Positions 18,767 to 27,936 of a stretch of 64,000 nt of DNA are shown one piece after another. This DNA is from Verrucomicrobiota bacterium. Its GTDB lineage: Bacteria; Verrucomicrobiota; Verrucomicrobiia; Limisphaerales; UBA11358. The stretch covers positions 2,707 to 66,706 of the forward strand of contig JBEKMU010000013.1 in NCBI GenBank assembly GCA_049523555.1, given 5' to 3'. Within the stretch, counting starts at the first letter, position 1. Each line of letters begins with the position of its first letter. Both the position numbers and the translations under genes were made by a program. The notes under the pieces were generated by a model. It worked only from the letters and a program-made list of their open reading frames with translations. It ran no database searches and had not been told where the DNA came from.

Positions 18767-19579
18767 CTACCGCAATTTGTTCGCGATGAAAAATGCCTTC
18801 AATTTTTCCAACGCCCGGGCGCGATGGCTCAATTTGTTTTTCACGTCTTCGCCCAGTTCGGCAAACGTCTGCTCGAAACCAACCGGCACAAACAGCGGGT
18901 CGTAACCAAAACCGTTTTGGCCGCGTGATTCAAAATTCATGCGGCCTTTGCAAACCCCATCGAACAATTCCGTTTGCATCTCGAATTCATCCGCGTAGCA
19001 AACCGGCGACGCATTTTCGATTTTTTCAGGCAGCACCGGCGTCAACGCCAACACGCAATGAAACCGTGCGGTGCGCTTCTCCAACGGAACGTTCTTGAGC
19101 AGGCGCAACAATTTGGCGTTGTTGTCGGCGTCGGACGTGTTGCCGGACTTCGCCGAATCCAGCGCGGCAAAGCGCGCCGAATGCACGCCCGGTGCGCCGT
19201 TCAACGCGTCCACCTCCAAACCGGAATCGTCGGCGAGCACGAATAACTTTGAACCCTGAACTGTGAACCCTGAACCCTGAACATTGGAAAGCCAGCGCGC
19301 CAGTTCAACGGCTTTTTTTGTCGCGTTGCCGGCGAACGTGCCGGCGTCCTCGACGATTTTCGGCGCGCCGGGAAAATCGTTGAGCGTGAGAAACTGAAAC
19401 CGGCCGCCGAGGATGGCGCGGATTTCGCCTGCTTTGTGGGCGTTGCGCGTGGCGATGAGCAGCGTAATCACGTCCGCACAATAACAGGCGGGAAATTGGA
19501 TTGGCAGCCGCAAACTTTGGCCGGCCTGAACATTTTTTGGCAATTCTTTATCCGAAATGGTCAAAACGGGCCTGTCCAC
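18767..19579 (-). CDS. rdgB: Non-canonical purine NTP pyrophosphatase (RdgB/HAM1 family)
   Basis: LLIATRNAHKAGEIRAILG, LADDSGLEVDALNGAPGVHSARF and GFGYDPLF. The start is ambiguous: GTG at 19579 (longest ORF) or GTG at 19470 just before VITLLIATRN. Confidence 0.85.
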   Translation of the reverse strand: MDRPVLTISDKELPKNVQAGQSLRLPIQFPACYCADVITLLIATRNAHKAGEIRAILGGRFQFLTLNDFPGAPKIVEDAGTFAGNATKKAVELARWLSNVQGSGFTVQGSKLFVLADDSGLEVDALNGAPGVHSARFAALDSAKSGNTSDADNNAKLLRLLKNVPLEKRTARFHCVLALTPVLPEKIENASPVCYADEFEMQTELFDGVCKGRMNFESRGQNGFGYDPLFVPVGFEQTFAELGEDVKNKLSHRARALEKLKAFFIANKLR

Positions 19580-19713
19580 TTGTCTCCGAAGATTCTGCGC
19601 CTAGTGTCAGGAAGTGAACGCACCAGCCGGTGTTTGCCGGGTGACAACGGCCATCGTTCGCGAAACGAAACTGATCGAAAAACTGCCAAGCGCTGAATCA
19701 AACTTTTCTTGAT

Positions 19714-20661
19714 ATGAAAACACGTCGTGACTTCATCAAAGCCGGACTCGCCATCGGCGCAAGTCTGCCCCTCGCCAACCTCGGAAAATTATTCGCCGCC
19801 GATTCGCCAGCAACAACCACCAGCAATTTGCCGGTCACGCCAGCCACAGCGAAGCCCATTCTCGTGGCGGTGCGTGACGGCGAACGCGCGGCGATGCTGG
19901 ACAAGGCCATGGCCGCCCTCGGCGGCATGGAAGCGTTCGTGAAAAAGGGGCAGACCGTGCTCGTGAAGCCCAACATCGGCTGGGATTCGCCCCCGGAGCG
20001 CGGCGCGGACACGCATCCGGAAACCGTGAAGCGCGTAATCGAGATGTGTTTTGCCGCCGGCGCGAAGTCGGTGAGCATGTTCGACAATCCCTGTGACCAA
20101 TGGCAGCGCACCTACGCGAACAGCGGCATCGAAAAGGTGGCGAAGGACACCGGTGCCCGGCTCGTCAACGGCAAGGACCAAACCCTTTATCGTCAGGCCG
20201 AAATCCCAAACGGGAAAAAATTGCACGAGGCAAAAATCCATTCGCTGGTGCTCGACAGCGACGTGTTCATCAACGTCCCCGTGCTCAAACATCATGCCGG
20301 CTCGTTGATAACCGGGTGCATGAAAAATTTGATGGGCATAGTTTGGGACCGGGGATTTTATCATCGCACCGATTTGCACCAGTGCATCGCCGACTTGCTG
20401 ACGCTGAAGAAACCTTCGCTCAACATCCTCGACGCCTACGCGCCCATGGTCCGTAACGGCCCGCGCGGCAAATCGGCGGACGATCTGGTCGTCATGCGCA
20501 CGCTGTTGGTCTCGACCGACATTGTGGCCATTGATGCTGCCGGGGCGAAACTGCTCAATCACCAGCCGTCCGAGGTCCGCCATATTGCCATCGCCGCCGA
20601 CATGAAACTGGGCACGATGGACCTGGAACAAGTGGACATCCGCCGGTTCAAACTGGCATGA
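19714..20661 (+). CDS. TAT-exported DUF362 domain protein
   Basis: Twin-arginine leader MKTRRDFIKAGLAIGASLPLA. The core KPNIGWDSPPERGADTHPETVKRVIEMC resembles DUF362 (from memory). Confidence 0.7.
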   Translation: MKTRRDFIKAGLAIGASLPLANLGKLFAADSPATTTSNLPVTPATAKPILVAVRDGERAAMLDKAMAALGGMEAFVKKGQTVLVKPNIGWDSPPERGADTHPETVKRVIEMCFAAGAKSVSMFDNPCDQWQRTYANSGIEKVAKDTGARLVNGKDQTLYRQAEIPNGKKLHEAKIHSLVLDSDVFINVPVLKHHAGSLITGCMKNLMGIVWDRGFYHRTDLHQCIADLLTLKKPSLNILDAYAPMVRNGPRGKSADDLVVMRTLLVSTDIVAIDAAGAKLLNHQPSEVRHIAIAADMKLGTMDLEQVDIRRFKLA

Positions 20662-20665
20662 AGCC

Positions 20666-22255
20666 GTGCCGCCCAAATTCCTGAAATGGCTGCGGATCGT
20701 GGTGGCGCTGGCGGTGTTGGCCGCGCTTACTGCCGCGTTTGTTGATTTTCGGGGTCTGGTTCCACCACCAGTCGGGCATCGTCTGGCCGAAATTCAATTC
20801 GTGCCTTCGCTGGTCGCGTTGCTCACCGGCGCAAGCTTGTCGCTCGCCTGCGTCATCATCGCCATTGTCACGCTGGCGTTGGGAAGGATTTATTGCTCGG
20901 CCATCTGCCCGTTGGGAATTTTGCAGGACGTGGTCATTCGCCTGACACAATGGCTAAAATCCAAGCCCGCGCCTTACTCGCGTCCGCGCCTTTGGCTGAG
21001 GCAAACATTTCTGTGGGGGACAATCATCGCCGCCGTGGCAGGCTGGGGCGGTTTCGCGCTTTCGCTGCTCGACCCTTACAGCAATTTCGGGCGCATCGCC
21101 TCGGACATTTTTCGTCCGCTGGTAACGTTGGCTAACAACGCCGCAGTGGGTCCGGCGGACAAGCTGGGCTGGCACGGACTTTTCCGCGTCGTGCCGTCGT
21201 GGGCTGGAATCGGCGCACTGATGGTGCCGGGGTTCGTTCTCGTGCTGATTGTCGTGCTGGCCGCGTGGCGCGGGCGGCTTTACTGCAACACGGTTTGCCC
21301 GGTCGGCACGTTGCTGGGCTGGCTTTCGCAACGCGCGGCGTTTCGATTGCAAATTGACCAGAGTGCCTGCCGCAAATGCGCGGCGTGCCTGCGCGCCTGC
21401 AAAGCACACTGCATTGACCTGCGTGCCGGTTCGATTGATTTCTCCCGTTGCGTGGCGTGTTACGATTGCATGGATGTCTGTGACGAACACGGCATCGGCT
21501 ACCGCTTTGCCTGGGCGCGAAAGACTCCGATTTCAACGCCCGCTCCATCAGCAACACCTGACGCCGTGAGCGACCCGCAACGGCGTGCGTTCATTTCCAA
21601 AACGATTGTGGGGATTGCCGGAGTCGCGGGCATCAGTCGTGTTTTGCTCGCGGACGAAAAACCGCCCGCCAGAAATGCCGGGGAAACCAAAAAATTTTCT
21701 CCGGTGATTTGTCCGCCGGGCTCTTCGGGCGTCGAACGGTTCCTTGACCGCTGCACCGCCTGTCATTTGTGCATCAGCGAATGTCCGACCGGCGTATTGC
21801 AACCGGCCTTCCTCGAATACGGCCTCCTTGGCCTCATGAAGCCGCGCATGGATTACCGCATCGCGTTCTGCAACTTCGATTGCCGGCGTTGCGGCGAGGT
21901 TTGTCCGGACGGTGCGATTGATTTGCTGGATCTTGCCGCCAAACACCTCGCGAAAATCGGCGAAGCGCATTTTTACCGCGACAAATGCGTGGTGGTGACG
22001 AATGGCACGGACTGCGCTGCCTGTTCCGAGCATTGCCCGACGAAAGCCGTGACCACCATTCCCTACGGCAACAATCTCCGCCTGCCGTCATTGAACGACG
22101 AATTGTGCATTGGCTGCGGCGCGTGCGAACACGCCTGCCCGGTCAAACCCGACAAAGCCATCACCGTGACCGGCCTGCGCGCGCACAGCATCGCCAAAAA
22201 ATTCACCGAGCCGAAGGCGACCTTGCCAAAACCCGCCGGGGATTTTCAGTTCTGA
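20666..22255 (+). CDS. Membrane-bound polyferredoxin (NapH/MauN-like N-terminus plus several 4Fe-4S ferredoxin motifs)
   Basis: TM helices carrying the CxxxCPxG motifs CSAICPLG and CNTVCPVG. Then CRKCAACLRAC, CVACYDCMDVC, CTACHLCISECP, CRRCGEVCP, CAACSEHCP and CIGCGACEHACP. GTG start 5 nt after the DUF362 stop. Confidence 0.85.
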   Translation: MPPKFLKWLRIVVALAVLAALTAAFVDFRGLVPPPVGHRLAEIQFVPSLVALLTGASLSLACVIIAIVTLALGRIYCSAICPLGILQDVVIRLTQWLKSKPAPYSRPRLWLRQTFLWGTIIAAVAGWGGFALSLLDPYSNFGRIASDIFRPLVTLANNAAVGPADKLGWHGLFRVVPSWAGIGALMVPGFVLVLIVVLAAWRGRLYCNTVCPVGTLLGWLSQRAAFRLQIDQSACRKCAACLRACKAHCIDLRAGSIDFSRCVACYDCMDVCDEHGIGYRFAWARKTPISTPAPSATPDAVSDPQRRAFISKTIVGIAGVAGISRVLLADEKPPARNAGETKKFSPVICPPGSSGVERFLDRCTACHLCISECPTGVLQPAFLEYGLLGLMKPRMDYRIAFCNFDCRRCGEVCPDGAIDLLDLAAKHLAKIGEAHFYRDKCVVVTNGTDCAACSEHCPTKAVTTIPYGNNLRLPSLNDELCIGCGACEHACPVKPDKAITVTGLRAHSIAKKFTEPKATLPKPAGDFQF

Positions 22256-22258
22256 ATC

Positions 22259-23185
22259 TCAGGTAGGGAGCGTTCTCCGAACGCGCCGCGGCTCGTCCCA
22301 ACAAACTCCAATCAAGGCCGCGCCGATGACGCCGGCGGAATCGCCGAGCTGGTGTTTGACGATGGGCGTTTCCAGTGAATCACTGAAAACCTGGCGGGCG
22401 ACTTCCGCGACGCCTTCCGTGTAAAGCGCATCGAAATTGGAGACGCCTCCACCGAGCACGACCACGTCCGGGTCCAACACGTCAATGAGATTGGCCAGTG
22501 ACCGGCCGAAATTGCGGAAGAACGTTTTTATGAATTCCGCAGCCTTCGGTTCGCCGGTGCGGTAATCCTTCACGATTTCCTTGAACGGCCGTTTCGCGCC
22601 GAACTGTTCGGCGTAGCGCGCCTCCAATCCGCCGCCGCTGATGAACGTCTCCACGCAACCGCGCTGGCCGCAGTAGCACAGCGGGCCGTCCGGGGCGATG
22701 GACATGTGGCCCCATTCACCGGCGATGGCTTGCGGGCCGGTGATGACTTCGCCCTTGTGAACAATCCCGCCGCCGCAACCCGTGCCCATGATGACGCCGA
22801 AGACCAGTTTCTTGCCCCGGCCCGCGCCGTGCAACGCCTCAGCCAGGGCAAAACAATTCGCGTCGTTCTGGATTTCGATTTTCCGGCCAAGCATCCGTTT
22901 GAGATCCGCCTTCAACGGCCGGCCGTTCATGCAAACGGTGTTGGAATTTTTCAGCAGGCCGGTGCGCGGGGAGATGGCCCCGGGCGTGCCGATGCCGAAT
23001 GTGTGCGGCTGGCTTTGAATGTGTGCGGCGAGTTCGTCGTGCAGTCCTTTGACGCGATTCAGGATGTGGGCATAACCCTTTTCCTGCTGCGTATCCACGC
23101 GCTTGCGGAGAAGTTCCTTGCCTTGGGCATCGAGAACAATGCCTTCGATCTTGGTGCCGCCGAGGTCTATGCCGATGCGAAACAT
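22259..23185 (-). CDS. ROK-family sugar kinase (NagK/N-acetylglucosamine kinase-like)
   Basis: MFRIGIDLGGTKIEG, NDANCFALAEA, and the zinc motif GEWGHMSIAPDGPLCYCGQRGCVETFISG. It looks collinear with E. coli NagK from memory. The ATG at 23185 lies inside ORF 22259..23221. Confidence 0.85.
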   Translation of the reverse strand: MFRIGIDLGGTKIEGIVLDAQGKELLRKRVDTQQEKGYAHILNRVKGLHDELAAHIQSQPHTFGIGTPGAISPRTGLLKNSNTVCMNGRPLKADLKRMLGRKIEIQNDANCFALAEALHGAGRGKKLVFGVIMGTGCGGGIVHKGEVITGPQAIAGEWGHMSIAPDGPLCYCGQRGCVETFISGGGLEARYAEQFGAKRPFKEIVKDYRTGEPKAAEFIKTFFRNFGRSLANLIDVLDPDVVVLGGGVSNFDALYTEGVAEVARQVFSDSLETPIVKHQLGDSAGVIGAALIGVCWDEPRRVRRTLPT

Positions 23186-23348
23186 TTTGCAAATCTTCCG
23201 CGATGGCGACGAATGATTCAAGCGCGCAACGATAGTCGGTCACTTTTCCCAATCGGCTTGTCTCCCTTGTGCCAATTTTTGTGGATGCGAACCGAGAGTT
23301 TTCACAGACCACGGCTTGACCGTGACGGCAAAAACCGGTTTGCTTTTC

Positions 23349-24575
23349 ATGGACACTTTTATGAGTTCATCCAAACCTCCGCTCGACGATTTGCGGATCG
23401 AACGCAGCGCAGAGCAGAAACCTCAACCGAAAACAGGGTTGGTCGTTGCTGCGGCCGCGGTTTTGATTGTGGCGGGCGCGGCGATTTGGTGGCATTCGGG
23501 TTCGGACGCCGTTGCCGTGCGCACGGCGGTCGTGCGCGAAATTGGCGGCGCCAGCGGGGACCACACGGTGTTGAACGCCTCCGGTTACGTCACCGCCCGG
23601 CGTGAGGCGACCGTTTCCTCCAAAGTCACCGGCAAGGTTGTGGAGGTGCTCATCGAGGAGGGCATGAAAGTGAAGGAAGGCCAGATTCTGGCGCGGTTGG
23701 ACGACACAAATATCAAGGCCGGCCTGGAGGTGGCCCAGGCTCAGTTGGCGTCGGCGAAGGCGGCGCTGGCGGAAACCGAAGCGCAACTCAAGAACGCGGA
23801 CCAGGAATTCCAACGCACGACCGAGCTGGCCAAACAACACATCGCGTCGCAATCCGACCTGGACCTAACCGAGTCGAACGCAAAGTCTTTGCAAGCCCAC
23901 CTGGCACAGCAGAAACTCGACGTCGTTGTCGCGGAACGCCAGGTGACGACGTGGCAGCAGCAAATGGACGACATGGTCATCCGCGCGCCGTTCGACGGCG
24001 TGGTCACGACCAAAGACGCCCAGCCCGGCGAGATGATTTCCCCGGTCTCCGCCGGCGGCGGTTACACGCGTACGGGCATCGGCACCGTCGTGGACATGAA
24101 CTCGCTGGAAATTGAAATTGACGTCAACGAGAGCTACATCAACCGGGTCGAGCCAGGCCAGCCGGTCGAAGCGACGCTGGACGCGTATCCCGACTGGAAA
24201 ATTCCCTGCAAGGTCATTGCCATCATCCCGACCGCCGACCGACAGAAGTCCACGGTCAAAGTGCGCGTCGGTTTTGATCAGCTCGATCCGCGCATCTTGC
24301 CGGACATGTCGGTGAAGGTGGCCTTCCGCGGTGTCAAGGGAGTAACGGCAATCCGCGCGGTGATGGTCCCGAAAAGCGCTGTGCAGAACCAGGACGGGCG
24401 CGACGTGGTGTTTGTCGTCCAGGGCGGCCGCGCCCAACGCCGCGCGGTCACGGTCAGCGACACGCAAGGCGACGACTCCGTGTTGAGTGCGGGCGTGTCC
24501 GCCGGTGAAAACGTCATTGTGAACGCGCCGACCGGTTTGAACGATGGCACAAAGGTGAAAGAGGTGAAGCCGTGA
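23349..24575 (+). CDS. Efflux transporter periplasmic adaptor subunit (HlyD/MacA-like)
   Basis: N-terminal TM anchor, coiled-coil hairpin (AQAQLASAKAALAETEAQLKNADQEF...) and beta-barrel/lipoyl motifs. The start is uncertain: ATG 23349 or 23361, or the ORF's TTG at 23316. Confidence 0.8.
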   Translation: MDTFMSSSKPPLDDLRIERSAEQKPQPKTGLVVAAAAVLIVAGAAIWWHSGSDAVAVRTAVVREIGGASGDHTVLNASGYVTARREATVSSKVTGKVVEVLIEEGMKVKEGQILARLDDTNIKAGLEVAQAQLASAKAALAETEAQLKNADQEFQRTTELAKQHIASQSDLDLTESNAKSLQAHLAQQKLDVVVAERQVTTWQQQMDDMVIRAPFDGVVTTKDAQPGEMISPVSAGGGYTRTGIGTVVDMNSLEIEIDVNESYINRVEPGQPVEATLDAYPDWKIPCKVIAIIPTADRQKSTVKVRVGFDQLDPRILPDMSVKVAFRGVKGVTAIRAVMVPKSAVQNQDGRDVVFVVQGGRAQRRAVTVSDTQGDDSVLSAGVSAGENVIVNAPTGLNDGTKVKEVKP

Positions 24576-24645
24576 GTCGTGGAAATTCGTCACCGTTTTG
24601 TAATTGGCTTCGCAACCACGAATCTGAAACGCTATTTGGAGAATC

Positions 24646-25347
24646 ATGAATGCTCAAGGTAACAGTACGCTTGTGAACGTTGACGGGGTGGGAAAAGTTT
24701 TTCATCGCGGCTCGGAAGACATCCACGTTCTGGCGGACCTGCATTTGCAGGCATCCGCCGGCGAATTTCTCGCGTTGATGGGGCCGTCGGGTTCGGGCAA
24801 AACCACGCTGTTGAACCTGATTGGCGGGCTCGACCGCCCGACAAAAGGCGCGGTCACGGTCGCCGGCGAACGCCTCGATCAATTGTCCGATCGCCGGCTG
24901 GCCGCGTGGCGCGCACGGCACATCGGCTTCGTTTTCCAGCTTTACAATCTGATGCCGATGCTGACGGCGGAGCGCAACGTGGAACTGCCGTTGTTGCTGA
25001 CGCATCTTTCCCGGACGGAGCGGCAGAAACACGTGGAAACGGCGCTCGCGGTGGTGGGGCTGTCGCATCGCGCGAAGCATTATCCGCGCACGCTTTCCGG
25101 CGGCGAACAACAGCGTGCGGGCATCGCCCGCGGTATTGTCACCGACCCGACGCTGCTGCTTTGCGACGAGCCGACGGGCGATTTGGACCGCAAGGCCGGC
25201 AACGAAATCCTGGACTTGCTTCAGGCGCTGAACCGGGAGCACGGCAAGACCATCATCATGGTCACGCACGATCCGCACGCCTCGGCGCGCGCGTCGCGGA
25301 CGGTCTATCTGGACAAAGGACAATTGAGCAACGAACCGGTCAAATGA
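24646..25347 (+). CDS. ABC transporter ATP-binding protein (MacB/LolD-like)
   Basis: Walker [10 protein letters not shown], signature LSGGEQQR and Walker [13 protein letters not shown]. Confidence 0.95.
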   Translation: MNAQGNSTLVNVDGVGKVFHRGSEDIHVLADLHLQASAGEFLALMGPSGSGKTTLLNLIGGLDRPTKGAVTVAGERLDQLSDRRLAAWRARHIGFVFQLYNLMPMLTAERNVELPLLLTHLSRTERQKHVETALAVVGLSHRAKHYPRTLSGGEQQRAGIARGIVTDPTLLLCDEPTGDLDRKAGNEILDLLQALNREHGKTIIMVTHDPHASARASRTVYLDKGQLSNEPVK

Positions 25348-25352
25348 AGACG

Positions 25353-25450
25353 AATGGAGTAATGGAGTGTTGGGGCGATGGAGTATTGGGTTCACGCGCA
25401 AGCATGTCAGGCCTTTCCATCACTCCATCACTTCAATACTCCACCATCCC
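25353..25450. repeat. AATGGAGT-type inverted-repeat hairpin element
   Basis: Left arm AATGGAGTAATGGAGTGTTGGGGCGATGGAGTATTGGG. Right arm CATCACTCCATCACTTCAATACTCCACCATCCC. It belongs to the same family as 37952..38030. Confidence 0.8.
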
Positions 25451-25459
25451 GTGTTTCCC

Positions 25460-26617
25460 GTGAAATTTCTTCACCTCATCTGGTGCAATCTGAAGCGGAA
25501 AAAGCTGCGCACGTCGCTGACGCTGTTGTCCATTGTCGTGGCGTTCGTCCTGTTCGGATTTCTTTCGGCCATCCAGCAGGCGCTGGTCGGGGGCGTGGCA
25601 ATGGCGGGTGCGGACCGGTTGATTGTGCGGCACAAAGTGTCCATCATCCAATTGCTGCCGGTAAGTTACGAAGCGCGAATGGACCGAATCCCCGGCGTGG
25701 ATTTCGCAACGCACCAGACCTGGTTCGGCGGCATTTACCAGGACCCGAGAAATTTCTTCATGCAAAACCCCGTCGAGCTGGAAAAATTTCTCAAGATGCA
25801 TCCCGAAATCATCCTGCCGCCGGAACAGGAGAAAGCCTGGCTGGCAATGCGGACGGGCGCGATTGTCGGACGGCGGACGGCGAACCGCTTCCATTGGAAA
25901 ATCGGCGACAAGGCTCCAATTCAATCAACCATTTGGACGAGGCCGGATGGAAGCCGCACATGGGAATTTGACATCGTGGGCATTTACGACGGGAAAGACA
26001 AGGGGACCGACACCACACCGATGTTTTTCCGCTATGATTACTTCGATGAAGCGCGGCAGGCATGGGGCAAAGGAAAAGTCGGCTGGTACACCATCCGCAT
26101 CAAAGACCCGTCGCAGGCGGCGGAAGTGGCCAAAAGGGTGGACGAGGAGTTTGAGAATTCGTCAGCGGAAACCAAGACGGAGCCGGAGGGTGCATTCATT
26201 CAGGGCTGGGCCAGGGCAATCGGCAACATCGTCTTCATCGTCGCGGCGATTCTTTCCGCGGTGTTCTTCACCATCCTGCTCGTGACCGGCAACACCATGG
26301 CGCAGGCCGTGCGCGAGCGGACCGGCGAGTTGGGTGTGCTCAAAGCCATCGGCTTCACCAATGGGCAGATTGTCGCGCTCGTGCTCGCCGAATCGTGCCT
26401 GCTGACGGTGCTTGGCGGAACGCTCGGCCTCGGATTGGCGTGGATGATGATTTCGCGCGGCGACCCGACATCCGGTCTGCTGCCCATGTTCTTTTTCCCC
26501 ACGCGCGATTTGCTGATCGGGTTCGGCCTCAGCATCGTGCTGGGTTTCGTCACTGGAATTATTCCCGCGCTCCAAGCTATGCGCCTGCGCGTGGCGGACG
26601 CTTTGAGGAGAATGTAA
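25460..26617 (+). CDS. ABC transporter permease (FtsX-like, MacB periplasmic-domain type)
   Basis: VKFLHLIWCNLKRKKLRTSLTLLSIVVAFVLFG start, a large periplasmic loop and a C-terminal FtsX 3-TM bundle. GTG at 25460; the upstream part of ORF 25367 is encoded by the repeat. Confidence 0.85.
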   Translation: MKFLHLIWCNLKRKKLRTSLTLLSIVVAFVLFGFLSAIQQALVGGVAMAGADRLIVRHKVSIIQLLPVSYEARMDRIPGVDFATHQTWFGGIYQDPRNFFMQNPVELEKFLKMHPEIILPPEQEKAWLAMRTGAIVGRRTANRFHWKIGDKAPIQSTIWTRPDGSRTWEFDIVGIYDGKDKGTDTTPMFFRYDYFDEARQAWGKGKVGWYTIRIKDPSQAAEVAKRVDEEFENSSAETKTEPEGAFIQGWARAIGNIVFIVAAILSAVFFTILLVTGNTMAQAVRERTGELGVLKAIGFTNGQIVALVLAESCLLTVLGGTLGLGLAWMMISRGDPTSGLLPMFFFPTRDLLIGFGLSIVLGFVTGIIPALQAMRLRVADALRRM

Positions 26618-26619
26618 AT

Positions 26620-27819
26620 ATGGCCGGCCCCATTAACTGGTTTTCCCAAATCGGATCCATTACCAAGTTCGGGTTGATGAGCCTCCCGCAACGGCGCGGC
26701 GCGGTCGCGGCCACGATCATCGGCATCGCCGGCGTCGTCGCCGTCCTCGTGGGCGTGCTGTCCATCGCGGCGGGCTTCCGGCAGGCCATGACCGTTTCCG
26801 GCTCGCCCGATGGCGCGATTGTTCTTCGCAGCGGCGCCGACAGCGAGATGGTCAGCGGCTTCGGGCGCGATGAGACGCGCGTCATCGCCGACGCGCCGGG
26901 CGTGGCGCGCGACGCCCAAGGCCCGCTCGCGTCTGCTGAATTGTTCGTCATCATCAACCTGCCCAAACGCTCGACCGGCACGGACGCGAACGTGCCGTTG
27001 CGCGGCGTGGAATCGGCCGCGCTGCAAGTGCGCGACAACCTGAAAATCATCCAGGGCCGGATGTTTGACTGGGGCAAGGACGAAGTCATCGTCGGCAGCG
27101 GCGCGGCCCGGGAATTCGCCGGCTTGGAAGTCGGCTCGAAAATAAAAGTGGGCCGTTACGAATGGCCGGTCGTCGGCCTCTTCACGGCCAACGGCGGTGT
27201 TGCGGAATCGGAAATCTGGACCGACGCGAAGGTGTTGCAGGACGCGTATAATCGCGGTGACTCGTTTCAGTCCGTCTCCGTCAGGCTCAATTCGCCGGGC
27301 GCGTTTCAGGAGTTCAAAGATTCGCTCACCTCGAATCCGCAATTGAGCGTGAAAGTCGTCCGGCAAGCCGAGTATTACGCCCAACAATCCGAAACCATAA
27401 CGCGGCTGATTACGACGCTCGGCTTCTTGATTGCGTTTTTAATGGCCATTGGCGCGGTGTTCGGCGCGCTGAACACGATGTACAGCGCAGTCGCAGCGCG
27501 CACGCGGGAGATCGCCACGCTGCGGGCGCTCGGTTTTGGCGGCGGCGCGGTGGTGGTGTCGTTGATGCTCGAATCGCTGCTGCTGGCATTGGTCGGTGGC
27601 GCAGTCGGTGGCAGCCTGGCCTATCTCGCCTTCAATAATTTTCACACCTCGACGATGAACTGGCAGAGTTTCAGCCAGATCACGTTCGCCTTCCGCGTCA
27701 CGCCGGAATTGCTGGTGCGCGGGGTGGTCTGGGCCGCCGTGATTGGTTTGATTGGCGGCTTGTTCCCGGCCATCCGCGCCGCGCGATTGCCCATCGCGAC
27801 GGCGTTGCGGGAACTGTGA
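26620..27819 (+). CDS. ABC transporter permease (second FtsX-like subunit)
   Basis: The ATG at 26620 gives MAGPINWFSQIGSITKFGLMSLPQRRGAVAATIIGIAGVVAV. The topology matches the preceding permease. Confidence 0.85.
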   Translation: MAGPINWFSQIGSITKFGLMSLPQRRGAVAATIIGIAGVVAVLVGVLSIAAGFRQAMTVSGSPDGAIVLRSGADSEMVSGFGRDETRVIADAPGVARDAQGPLASAELFVIINLPKRSTGTDANVPLRGVESAALQVRDNLKIIQGRMFDWGKDEVIVGSGAAREFAGLEVGSKIKVGRYEWPVVGLFTANGGVAESEIWTDAKVLQDAYNRGDSFQSVSVRLNSPGAFQEFKDSLTSNPQLSVKVVRQAEYYAQQSETITRLITTLGFLIAFLMAIGAVFGALNTMYSAVAARTREIATLRALGFGGGAVVVSLMLESLLLALVGGAVGGSLAYLAFNNFHTSTMNWQSFSQITFAFRVTPELLVRGVVWAAVIGLIGGLFPAIRAARLPIATALREL

Positions 27820-27936
27820 CTTGAGGCTGATGCGGCAGAGAAATAACGCTGCGCATTCAAATGAACTGGAGCGGTATCACGTTGGAATCTTCAGTCTTGC
27901 AGAGTGCATACGCAGGGCAATAATGTCGAGGTAGCC

